Shown: one piece after another, positions 9,883-18,774 of the stretch
Layout: every line of letters begins with the position of its first letter
Numbering within the stretch: the stretch's first letter is position 1
From: Synergistaceae bacterium
GTDB taxonomy: Bacteria; Synergistota; Synergistia; Synergistales; Aminobacteriaceae
DNA length: 64,000 nt
Direction of reading: 5' to 3'
Assembly (NCBI GenBank): GCA_017443945.1
Contig: JAFSXS010000052.1
Coordinates: forward strand, 11,160-75,159
The notes under the pieces: generated by a model
What the model was told of the DNA's origin: nothing
Database searches by the model: none
What the model saw: the letters and a program-made list of their open reading frames with translations, nothing else
Made by a program: the position numbers and the translations under genes

Positions 9883-11247
9883 TCATTTCTCCATAACTGC
9901 GACGCTTTCAACGTGTGCCGTCTGAGGAAACATGTCAAACGCTTTTATACTCACGAGCCTATAATCATGAGACGCTAAAATCTTGCAGTCCCTCGCCAAA
10001 GTCGCCGGGTTGCACGAGACATAAATAATTTTTCTGACTCCGAAATCATTTATAGCCTCAATCACGCGTCTTTCGCAGCCATCACGGGGAGGATCTAACA
10101 CTACTGAATCATAAGAGTCACGTAATTCACTTATAATTTCTTCTGCACGCCCGCAAAGTGCTTGAACATTATCGAAATTATTAGCATGCAAATTTTTTAC
10201 GGCCATTTTCACAGCTCCGCGCCATTCTTCGACAGTTGTTAAATTCTTCGCGTTCTCTGCAAGATAGCAGGTTAATGATCCTGTGCCGCTGTAGAGTTCG
10301 AGCAAATTTTTTGAATCTCCTGCAAGTGAGCTCACATAACTAAATAATTTCTCTGCCTGGCCGGTGTTGACCTGAAAGAATGACGCTGTGTCAAAGAATA
10401 ATTTATATTTTCCGAGAGTCTCGCAAATTAAGCCCGACCCCGTCAAATTTTCCGTGTAAGTCCCTAATATGACATTGCCCGGTTTTGAATTATGATTCAT
10501 TGTCAAAGTGTCCGGCCTCGCTTGATTGCCCAGTGATACAAGAGCTTTCACGCTTTTTGCTGACAATTTGCCGTTGATTACGAACGATAAAAGACTCTCG
10601 CCCGTGTTAATTCCTGTACGTGCTATTATGTGCCGCAATTTTCCGGAGCCGTTAAGCTCATTATAACCGTCAAAAGGATATTTTGTCGTGTCAAGCGAGT
10701 CTAAAATTTTGCCGTAGATTTCATTCAAACGCTTTGCATTCACGGGACATTGACGAATCAATTCAAGCCTGTGAGTCCCTGCCCTGTAGAAGCCCGTTAT
10801 AATTTTTCCGCGCAAATCCTGAACTGGGAAAGCTGCTTTATTGCGATAATTCCATGACGACGGCGACTCTTCACATGTTAAATCAGCAAAATTTTTCGAG
10901 TCAAAACCTCCGATTCTTGTCATTGCATCGCGCACTAATCCGGCCTTGAGCATTAATTGCAGGCTGTAATCTGCGTGTTGTAATTGGCACCCTCCGCACC
11001 TGCCGTAATATTTGCATTTGGGAATTATCCTATTTTGACTCGCTTCTATAATCGAAAGTGTATCGGCGACGCTGAAATCTTTTTTTCTCGCTACAATCTC
11101 AGCATTGACAATTTCACCTGGTAAAGCTCCATGAACAAATATAACGCCTCTGTCAGTTCGTGCGATTCCGGCTCCTTCGCTTGACAGTGCAGAAATTTCG
11201 AGCGTGAGAGATTCTTTATCTCTATTGTTAGACCATTTTTTCAGGAT
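9883..11247 (-). CDS. rlmD: 23S rRNA (uracil-C5)-methyltransferase, RumA/RlmD family (TRAM + 4Fe-4S + SAM MTase); start codon uncertain
   Basis: The track ORF begins at an internal Met (10953). The frame stays open to 11268 and encodes a TRAM-like segment (LEISALSSEGAGIARTDRGVIFVHGALPGEIV) and the Fe-S motif CKYYGRCGGCQLQH. The C-terminus has the MTase motifs LELYSGTGS, DPPRDG and SCNPATL. No ATG, GTG or TTG is present upstream. Confidence 0.75.
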   Translation of the reverse strand: MLKKWSNNRDKESLTLEISALSSEGAGIARTDRGVIFVHGALPGEIVNAEIVARKKDFSVADTLSIIEASQNRIIPKCKYYGRCGGCQLQHADYSLQLMLKAGLVRDAMTRIGGFDSKNFADLTCEESPSSWNYRNKAAFPVQDLRGKIITGFYRAGTHRLELIRQCPVNAKRLNEIYGKILDSLDTTKYPFDGYNELNGSGKLRHIIARTGINTGESLLSFVINGKLSAKSVKALVSLGNQARPDTLTMNHNSKPGNVILGTYTENLTGSGLICETLGKYKLFFDTASFFQVNTGQAEKLFSYVSSLAGDSKNLLELYSGTGSLTCYLAENAKNLTTVEEWRGAVKMAVKNLHANNFDNVQALCGRAEEIISELRDSYDSVVLDPPRDGCERRVIEAINDFGVRKIIYVSCNPATLARDCKILASHDYRLVSIKAFDMFPQTAHVESVAVMEK

Positions 11248-12604
11248 TGACGACCTCCTTAAATTTTTCAGGACTCAATAAATCAAGCTCTGTACATGCT
11301 TCCTTGAGTGAAATATTTTTACTATGAGCTAATTTTGCGACTTTTGCGGCGTTCTCGTAGCCTATTACGGGATTTAGTGATGTAACAAGCATGAGGGATT
11401 TGTCAAGATTTTCACGCATTTTGTCTCGGTTGGCCTTGATTCCTGACGCGCAATTTTTGTTGAATGAATTTATTGACTCGCTTAATATTCTCACTGACTG
11501 CAAAAAATTATAAGCGCATACCGGCATAAATACATTTAATTCAAAATTTCCCTGACTCGCCGCAAATCCTATTGTTGAATCATTGCCCATTATTTGAGCA
11601 GCTATCATTGTAACCTGTTCGCACTGAGTCGGATTAACTTTTCCGGGCATTATTGAGCTTCCCGGCTCATTTTCGGGGATAAAAATTTCTCCATAACCGC
11701 AGCGGGGCCCCGACGCAAGAAATCTCACATCATTAGCTATTTTCATCATGTCGGCGGCAAGTGATTTTACTGCACCATGAGCAAAAACTATTTCACTTTT
11801 CGACGTGAGAGCATGAAATTTATTTTGTGCAGGAGTGAATCTAATTCCCGTTAAACTTGTAAGAGCGCGCGTTACTTCGACATCAAAATTTTTCGGAGCA
11901 TTTAAGCCAGTCCCGACAGCTGTTCCGCCGATTGCAAGACGAGACAAAAATTTTTGCGATTCATTCAAGTATTCTAACGCACATTCTAAACTGTTACGCC
12001 AGCCCGAAATCTCCTGCGAAAATCTTATCGGTGCAGCGTCCTGCAAGTGAGTCCGGCCCGTCTTGATTATGTCAATATTTTCTGACTCTAAACGCTTGAA
12101 AGTTGCGATTAATTCATTTACGGCAGGAATTAATTTTTTCTCGACCGACAAGACTCCGGCGATATACATAGCTGCTGGAAAAGTATCATTTGAGGACTGC
12201 GACATATTTACGTCATCATTAGGGTGTAATAATTTTTTCGCGCTTAATTCGTTGCCCCGATTAGCAATTACTTCATTTACATTCATGTTTGACTGAGTGC
12301 CTGAACCTGTCTGCCATACAACTAAAGGAAAATGAGAGTCCAATTTGCCGGCAATAATTTCATCAGTTACGAGCGAAATAAACTGCAATTTTTCAGGAGT
12401 CATTTTTTCCGGCAGTAAAATATTATTCGCGATCGCACAAGCCTTCTTTAAGTACGCAAACGCATTTATTATTTCACTGGGCATTGTTTCAAGTCCTACA
12501 CCTATTTGGAAATTCTGACGGCTTCTTTCTGTCTGTGCTCCCCAGTATTTATCGGCGGGGACTCTGATTTCTCCCATTGTGTCATGTTCTGTTCTGTATT
12601 GCAT
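11228..12604 (-). CDS. fumC: class II fumarate hydratase
   Basis: 458 aa with the signature GSSIMPGKVNPTQCE and a typical N-terminus MQYRTEHDTMGEIRVPADKYWGAQT. Confidence 0.95.
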   Translation of the reverse strand: MQYRTEHDTMGEIRVPADKYWGAQTERSRQNFQIGVGLETMPSEIINAFAYLKKACAIANNILLPEKMTPEKLQFISLVTDEIIAGKLDSHFPLVVWQTGSGTQSNMNVNEVIANRGNELSAKKLLHPNDDVNMSQSSNDTFPAAMYIAGVLSVEKKLIPAVNELIATFKRLESENIDIIKTGRTHLQDAAPIRFSQEISGWRNSLECALEYLNESQKFLSRLAIGGTAVGTGLNAPKNFDVEVTRALTSLTGIRFTPAQNKFHALTSKSEIVFAHGAVKSLAADMMKIANDVRFLASGPRCGYGEIFIPENEPGSSIMPGKVNPTQCEQVTMIAAQIMGNDSTIGFAASQGNFELNVFMPVCAYNFLQSVRILSESINSFNKNCASGIKANRDKMRENLDKSLMLVTSLNPVIGYENAAKVAKLAHSKNISLKEACTELDLLSPEKFKEVVNPEKMV

Positions 12605-13342
12605 TTAAGATTTGTGCGCTCCTTCCCACTCAAAATTTTCACCGAGATAGAATTTTCGCGCGAGTTCATTTCCGGCGACTTCTTCAGGAGATCCCGCTAA
12701 AAATATTGTCCCGTCGTGAATTAAATATGTCCTGTCAGTAATTGAAAGCGTTTCTCTTACGTTGTGATCTGTTATTAATATCCCGTAGCCCTGCGCTTTT
12801 AACTCGTGAATCATTGATTGAATATCAGCTACTGCAATAGGGTCTATTCCGCTAAAAGGTTCATCGAGCAAAATAAATTTCGGCTTAAGTGTCAAAGCTC
12901 TTGCGATTTCGACTCGCCGGCGTTCTCCTCCTGACAAAGCATAGCCGTTAGTGTCTGCAATGTGAGTTATCTTAAATTGTTCGAGCAGCTCATCTGTTAA
13001 TTCTTTGGACTGTTTGCGCTTGCCGGTTTCTTCCCATACGAGATTAATATTTTCGCGGACTGTGAGATTTCTAAAAATTGATGCTTCCTGCGGTAAATAT
13101 CCGATTCCAGCACGTGCACGCATAAAAACGGGAAGACTCGTAACTTCTGTATCATCGATCATGACAGTTCCAGAGTCCGGCCTTATTAATCCTACAATCA
13201 TATAGAATGAAGTAGTTTTTCCCGCACCGTTAGGCCCTAAGAGCCCGACAACTTCACCGGGGTTAACGTTAATGCTGACTCCTCCGACTACAAGACGATT
13301 ATTATAACTTTTTCGCAAATCTGAAGCTGTTAGACCTGTCAT
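12605..13342 (-). CDS. lptB: LPS export ABC transporter ATP-binding protein
   Basis: Walker A GPNGAGKTT, ABC signature LSGGERRRVEIAR, Walker B ILLDEP. The 245-aa length is typical of LptB. It sits next to an OstA-like gene. Confidence 0.85.
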   Translation of the reverse strand: MTGLTASDLRKSYNNRLVVGGVSINVNPGEVVGLLGPNGAGKTTSFYMIVGLIRPDSGTVMIDDTEVTSLPVFMRARAGIGYLPQEASIFRNLTVRENINLVWEETGKRKQSKELTDELLEQFKITHIADTNGYALSGGERRRVEIARALTLKPKFILLDEPFSGIDPIAVADIQSMIHELKAQGYGILITDHNVRETLSITDRTYLIHDGTIFLAGSPEEVAGNELARKFYLGENFEWEGAHKS

Positions 13343-14238
13343 TTTCTGCGTGTTCTCCTTTGCGGCTGAGGTTTATTATTATCTGGCTTAGGTGCTGGCG
13401 GGTTATTTCTGCGTTCACGAGTCAAATCTATAGTAATTTCTGCGCGGTCAGTGCTGACTCCTCCATCGCGCTGTCGTGTTATGCCTCCGAGAGCCTCGAC
13501 TCTATTTTGATCGGGAAAATAAACGATTGAGTCAGATTTTAGAGTCCTCCCTCCCTGAACTGCTACAACGTGGCCGCTTACGACGACACTTCCTCGTGTG
13601 AGCGAATAAACTGCGCTGTCTCCTTTAAGATTCACTGCGTCGCCTCTTGCTTTAGGTTTGCCGCGAATCCACACGCCTTTTTTCGCTGTCATCTCGAATA
13701 AATCACCGTTTCTGATTATGCCCTCTACTGTCTCAGCACCGAACGAGAAACCTTTAGATCTGTCCTCAAGATTTCTAACTTTAGTGAGCCAAAATTTTGT
13801 CTGCCTGTCCGTTGCTGTAGGGTCAGATATTCCGCCTAAACCTGTCAGAGTCAATCTATCTGCGTCAATGTGCATAGAACCGTAACCGCCTTTGACTCCG
13901 TTAAGAAATTTGCACGTAGGAATTTCCGCGAATGTGAGTAATAATTTCCCGGCGTTCAAGTCAATTTTTGCTGCGTTCCACCTGCCTGCTGCTGTTATGC
14001 CCTTGTCAAAATTTACTTCTTTGCGACCTGTGTTGCCTGTTGCTGTAGGTGCTTTGACGTTGAAATCTCCCGCGTTGATTGTAACATTCCCGTCCGCAAG
14101 AAAATCACCCGTGTAAGCGTCGAATCTCATTCTATTAGCTGAAAGAGTCGCTTTGTCCGGCAGCGCATTAGAATCAAGAGCGAGAACAGGTGCAGCAAAC
14201 AAAAGAATCAGCAGACATACTGTAAAATTTCGCTTCAT
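13339..14238 (-). CDS. LptA/OstA-N family periplasmic LPS transport protein with a basic Pro-rich tail
   Basis: Signal peptide MKRNFTVCLLILLFAAPVLA. Repetitive beta-jellyroll-like sequence (A..M.FD...G....GNV.I...). It overlaps the lptB start by 4 nt. Confidence 0.65.
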   Translation of the reverse strand: MKRNFTVCLLILLFAAPVLALDSNALPDKATLSANRMRFDAYTGDFLADGNVTINAGDFNVKAPTATGNTGRKEVNFDKGITAAGRWNAAKIDLNAGKLLLTFAEIPTCKFLNGVKGGYGSMHIDADRLTLTGLGGISDPTATDRQTKFWLTKVRNLEDRSKGFSFGAETVEGIIRNGDLFEMTAKKGVWIRGKPKARGDAVNLKGDSAVYSLTRGSVVVSGHVVAVQGGRTLKSDSIVYFPDQNRVEALGGITRQRDGGVSTDRAEITIDLTRERRNNPPAPKPDNNKPQPQRRTRRK

Positions 14239-14361
14239 TTATTCGTCTCCCTTCACGTAAAAATAATTATGATTTAACAAATTATATTACAGATTCAACG
14301 CGCAAGGGATAAGCAATTTTTCACGTGTAAATGTTTTAATGACGGCTTAAAATTTTGTGAG

Positions 14362-14435
14362 TGGCGGCACCTGGATTCGAACCGGGGACAACGCGGGTAT
14401 GAACCGCGTGCTCTAGCCAACTGAGCTATACCGCC
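14362..14435 (-). tRNA. tRNA-Met (CAT), elongator type (tRNA-Ile2/lysidine not excluded)
   Basis: The reverse complement GGCGGTATAGCTCAGTTGGCTAGAGCACGCGGTTCATACCCGCG...GGTTCGAATCCAGGTGCCGCCA folds as a cloverleaf with anticodon CAT. There is one C.A mismatch in the T stem. Confidence 0.8.
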
Positions 14436-14444
14436 TAAAAAAAT

Positions 14445-14521
14445 TGGTGGCGGGGAAAGGATTTGAACCTTTGACCTTCGGGTTATGAGCCCGACGAGCT
14501 TCCAGACTGCTCCACCCCGCG
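14445..14521 (-). tRNA. initiator tRNA-fMet (CAT)
   Basis: The reverse complement begins CGCGGGG with a 1:72 mismatch. The anticodon stem (TCGGGCTCATAACCCGA) has three G-C pairs. CCA is encoded. Confidence 0.9.
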
Positions 14522-14537
14522 ATTTGGCTTTAACGAA

Positions 14538-14624
14538 TGGTGCCGGACGAGGGATTTGAACCCTCACGGACTTTACGCCCTCGGGATTTTAAGTCCCGTG
14601 TGTCTACCATTCCACCAGCCCGGC
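14538..14624 (-). tRNA. tRNA-Leu (TAA)
   Basis: The reverse complement GCCGGGCTGGTGGAATGGTAGACACACGGGACTTAAAATCCCG has a long variable arm, a GGTTCAAATCC T arm, and an encoded CCA. Confidence 0.9.
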
Positions 14625-14738
14625 AACACAACGGCTATTTTATAATAAATATCGCTTTTATGCAAATATAAAGTTTTCTCATGCTGATATAATACACATT
14701 TATATAATGTCAGAAAATTTTTATAGGAGGCTATTAAA

Positions 14739-16118
14739 TTGGCAGCAAAAGAGAGAGAGACATTTGGCAGCAGACTCGGATTTATTTTCTTGTCAGCAGG
14801 CTGTGCAATTGGACTCGGTAATGTTTGGAGATTCCCGTTTATTACAGGTCAATACGGCGGGGCAGCTTTCGTTCTTATCTATGTAGCGTTTCTGCTGTTT
14901 CTTGCAATGCCCATTATGGTAATGGAATTTTCTGTAGGGCGCGCGTCGAGATTAAGTCCTTCGCGATCATTTGAAGTTCTTTGTCCTGAACATAAAGTCT
15001 GGTCGTTATGGGGTTATGCTGCATGGATAGGAAATTGTTTATTGATGATGTTCTACACGACAATAACGGGCTGGATGCTGGCATACACTTATAATTCAGC
15101 TGCGGGAACTTTTGCGGGATTGAACACTGACGCAGTAGGACAATTTTTCGGCAAATTTCTTGAATCACCGACTCAAATGGTAGGCTGGATGACTCTAGCA
15201 GTCTTTATCGGTGCAGTTGTTTGCTTCTCAGGACTTCAAAGAGGAGTCGAGCGCGTTACAAAAATTATGATGTGCGGTTTGCTCTTAATCATGATTACTC
15301 TTGCTGTAAGATCTGTAACTTTGCCGGGAGCTGATAAAGGACTCGAATTTTACCTCAAGCCCGATTTCAATAAATTAATTTCGTCAGGTTTAGGCACGAC
15401 TTTATATGCTGCATTAGGCCAAGCGTTTTTCACGTTGAGTCTAGGTATTGGATCAATGGCGATTTTCGGAAGCTACATCGAGAAAGATAGATCTTTATTC
15501 GGTGAAAGTTTAATAGTTACCGGTCTTGATACGTTTGTAGCACTGACAGCAGGATTAATAATTTTCCCGGCTTGCTTTGCTTATGGAATCAACCCCGGCG
15601 CGGGCCCAGGTTTAATTTTTGTTACACTTCCGAATATGTTTAACTCAATGCCGAACGGTCAAATCTGGGGAACATTATTTTTCTTGTTCATGAGCTTTGC
15701 TGCGCTTTCTACAGTTATTGCAGTCTTTGAAAATATTGTAGCGTGCTTCATGGATAAATTGAACTGGTCGAGGCAGAAATCAACAATTGTAATGGCTCTA
15801 TTAATTTTTGTGTTCTCGATTCCCTGTGCATTAGGCTTTAATTTATGGAAAGATATTCAACCGCTCGGAGCAGGTACAGGAGTCCTCGATCTTGAAGATT
15901 TTATTGTGAGTAATAATTTATTGCCGATCGGATCAATTATTTATTTGCTCTTCTGCGTGAGTCGTTACGGCTGGGGCTGGGATAACTTCATAAAAGAGGC
16001 AGACGAGGGCAAAGGCCTTAAATTCCCGAATTACTTACGAGGCTATTTTACATATATAGTGCCGGTTATCATGCTTATTATTCTAGGAGTCGGCTATTAT
16101 CAGACTTTCGCAAAATAA
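14739..16118 (+). CDS. neurotransmitter:sodium symporter (NSS/SNF) family transporter, paralogue 1
   Basis: N-terminal hallmark [29 protein letters not shown]. 459 aa with multiple TM segments. TTG start preceded by GGAGG. Confidence 0.9.
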   Translation: [459 protein letters not shown]

Positions 16119-16142
16119 TTTAGTTCATGGGAGAAATTATCA

Positions 16143-17522
16143 ATGCAGGATTTAAATACGCGTGAAACTTTAGGGAGCAGATTAGGATTTATATTTTTGT
16201 CGGCCGGTTGTGCGATAGGACTCGGCAACGTTTGGAGATTTCCATTTATTACGGGTCAATACGGCGGGGCAGCATTTGTACTGATTTATATATTCTTTCT
16301 GTTATTTCTTGCTCTGCCGATTCTCGTAATGGAATTTGCTGTAGGCCGTGCGTCGCAAAAAAGTGTGAGTCAATCATTTGAAGTCTTAGCACCGAAAAAT
16401 AAAATTTGGTCATTATGGGGTTATGCGGGCTGGTTCGGCTGTATATTATTAATGATGTATTACACAGTAGTAGCCGGCTGGATGATTGCTTATACAGTTT
16501 ATGCGGGGGCTGGTATTCTTGAAGGCATTACCCCCGATGAGGTCGGAGCAGTTTTCGGCGGTCTCGTGTCAAATCCTGAACGCAGTGCATTATGGCTCTA
16601 TGTTGCTGTATCGATAGGCTTTATAGTTTGTTGTGCAGGTCTGAGAAACGGAGTCGAGCGTGTTACAAAAATTATGATGTGCGGTTTGTTAATTATCATG
16701 GTTGCGCTTGCAGTAAGATCTGTAACTTTGCCGGGATCTGATAAGGGATTGAGCTTTTATTTGAAACCTAGCTTTGAGAATCTCACAGCAAAAGGATTCT
16801 GGACGAGTGTTTATGCAGCATTAGGACAGGCATTTTTTACGCTGGGACTCGGAGTCGGGAGCATGGCAATTTTCGGAAGTTACATCAGCAAAGAAAAATC
16901 TTTAATGGGCGAGAGTTTAATTATCACCTGCCTTGACACTTTTGTAGCGTTGACAGCAGGATTAATAATTTTTCCAGCTTGCTTTGCATATGGAATAAAT
17001 CCGGGTGCGGGGCCGGGCTTAATATTTGTAACACTTCCGAACATGTTTAACTCAATGCCGAACGGTCGAATCTGGGGAACGTTATTTTTCTTGTTCATGA
17101 GCTTTGCTGCTTTATCGACAGTAATTGCAGTCTTTGAAAATATAATTGCGTGCTTCATGGACAAATTTAATATGAAGAGAGTCCCTGCTTCAATAATTAC
17201 GTGCGTAGGAATATTTATTTTGTCTCTGCCGTGTGCGTTCGGGTTTAATATTTGGTCAGGATTCCAGCCTTTGGGAGCGGGTTCAAACGTGTTAGACCTT
17301 GAAGATTTTATATTGAGTAATAATATTTTGCCGATTGGGACGACGATTTATTTATTATTCTGCGTGACTCGATATGGCTGGGGCTGGGACAATTTCATTA
17401 AAGAAGTTGACTCAGGCGACGGACTCAAGTTCCCGAAATTTTTGCGCGGATATTTAACATATGTAGTGCCGGTTATAATGCTGATAATTTTTGTAGTTGG
17501 TTACTGGGAAAAATTTTTCTAG
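16143..17522 (+). CDS. NSS/SNF family transporter, paralogue 2 (tandem duplicate)
   Basis: Same length (459 aa) as paralogue 1, with long stretches identical to it, for example [35 protein letters not shown]. Confidence 0.9.
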   Translation: [459 protein letters not shown]

Positions 17523-17677
17523 CTTTAACGGCTGATTTGTATTAAAATGGTTGTCGAGCAGTTCTCAAAATTTTATGGGAGCTGCTTTATTTTTGCAACT
17601 ACATTTACAACTACAAAAACTCGCAAATTTTTTAGTGTACGCAAATGTTCATGAATAAAAATTTTTTCTTAACGCGA

Positions 17678-18060
17678 TAAATTATGACTCACAAAAAAAC
17701 TTTTTTCCCCACGTGCGACAAATTATGCCGGGCGTAAGAATCTGCACATTTTAGAGTGATATAAAATTTTTTCTCGAATGCGCTAATTTCTGTACAATAA
17801 ATTATGAATCACAAAAAACTTTTTCCCCCACGTGTGGCGAATTATGCCGGGCGTAAGAATCTATACATTTTAGAGTGATATAAAATTTTTTCTCGAATGC
17901 GCTAATTTCTGTACAATAAATTATGAATCACAAAAACTTTTTTCCCCACGTGCGACAAATTATGCCGGGCGTAAGAATCTGCACATTTTAGAGCGATATA
18001 AAATTTTTCTCGAATGCGTTAATTTCTGTGCTATAAATTATGACTCACAAAAACTTTTTC
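17678..18060. repeat. core of a tandem array of ~117-120-bp units (3 near-identical copies plus the start of a fourth); decayed copies extend to about 17655 and 18400
   Basis: The anchor TAAATTATGA(C/A)TCAC recurs at 17678, 17798, 17917 and 18034. Units differ mainly by indels in A/T/C homopolymers. Each unit contains CACGTG and TGATATAAAAT. Confidence 0.9.
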
Positions 18061-18413
18061 CACGTGCGACTTCATTAATCACGCAGAAGAATCTATAAAT
18101 GCGAAAAAATATTTTACAGCCGACCCGCTTGTGCATTATCAGCCGCTCCCGTCTGAAATAATTTCTTGCGCGAATATGCAAAAGTTTTTACAGCTATTCA
18201 ATTACATTTGATACATAAAAATTTTTGTCAATGCGCTCTAGTGAATTATTATAATAGCAAATTTTTACAGATTGGGCCGGTTGTGCGTCATCATCTATTA
18301 CTGTTGCTCACAACATAAATATTTTTTACACGTCATAAAGTGAACAGCTAATAAATTTTTCAAGTATTCATTATGTTATAATTATCGCAAGTTATAGAGG
18401 GAGGTTATTACAA

Positions 18414-18572
18414 ATGAAAAAATACGTTTGCACAGTATGCGGTTACGTTTATGATCCAGCAGTCGGCGACCCTGATAACGGAATAGCACCCGGAACAGCG
18501 TTTGAAGATCTGCCCGACGATTGGACCTGCCCCCCTTGCGGTGTAGGTAAAGACATGTTCGAGCCGGAATAA
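18414..18572 (+). CDS. rubredoxin (52 aa; absent from the ORF track because it is under 60 aa)
   Basis: Translation is [52 protein letters not shown], with the two CxxCG knuckles. SD GAGGGAGG lies 7 nt upstream. TGtTATAAT is at 18374-18382. Confidence 0.92.
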   Translation: MKKYVCTVCGYVYDPAVGDPDNGIAPGTAFEDLPDDWTCPPCGVGKDMFEPE

Positions 18573-18636
18573 ATTAATCATGAAATAAAAATTTTTTCCT
18601 CTGTCATCAACGGCAGGGGATTTTTTTCTCGCAAAT

Positions 18637-18663
18637 TAAAGTTTGAACATTCAGCACCGATAA
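18637..18663 (+). promoter_or_regulatory. sigma-28 (FliA/SigD)-type promoter for the flagellin gene
   Basis: TAAAGTTT (18637-18644), an 11-nt spacer, then ACCGATAA (18656-18663). The consensus is TAAAGTTT-N11-GCCGATAA. It lies about 110 nt upstream of the flagellin ATG. Confidence 0.7.
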
Positions 18664-18774
18664 ATAACGTGTGAGGGCAGGGACGCCTGATAAAATACAA
18701 AGGACTGTAGCACAACGAATTTATAAATAAATTTTGAGAGACGGCTAAAACCGTTTGCAGGAGGCTAATATACA

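Noticed and set aside
14295-14567. 90-aa track ORF on the minus strand
   Set aside because: It lies entirely over the tRNA-Met/tRNA-fMet/tRNA-Leu cluster, so it is an artefact of reading through structured RNA genes.
17678-18060. The tandem repeats could be a CRISPR array
   Set aside because: The period is 117-120 bp and the whole unit repeats. There are no short repeats separated by unique spacers, and no cas genes are nearby.
17684-18060. Small ORFs starting at the ATGA(C/A)TCAC inside each 119-bp unit
   Set aside because: Homopolymer indels put each copy in a different frame. The three copies read MTHKKTFFPTCDKLCRA*, MNHKKLFPPRVANYAGRKNLYILE* and MNHKNFFPHVRQIMPGVRICTF*, so no peptide is conserved.
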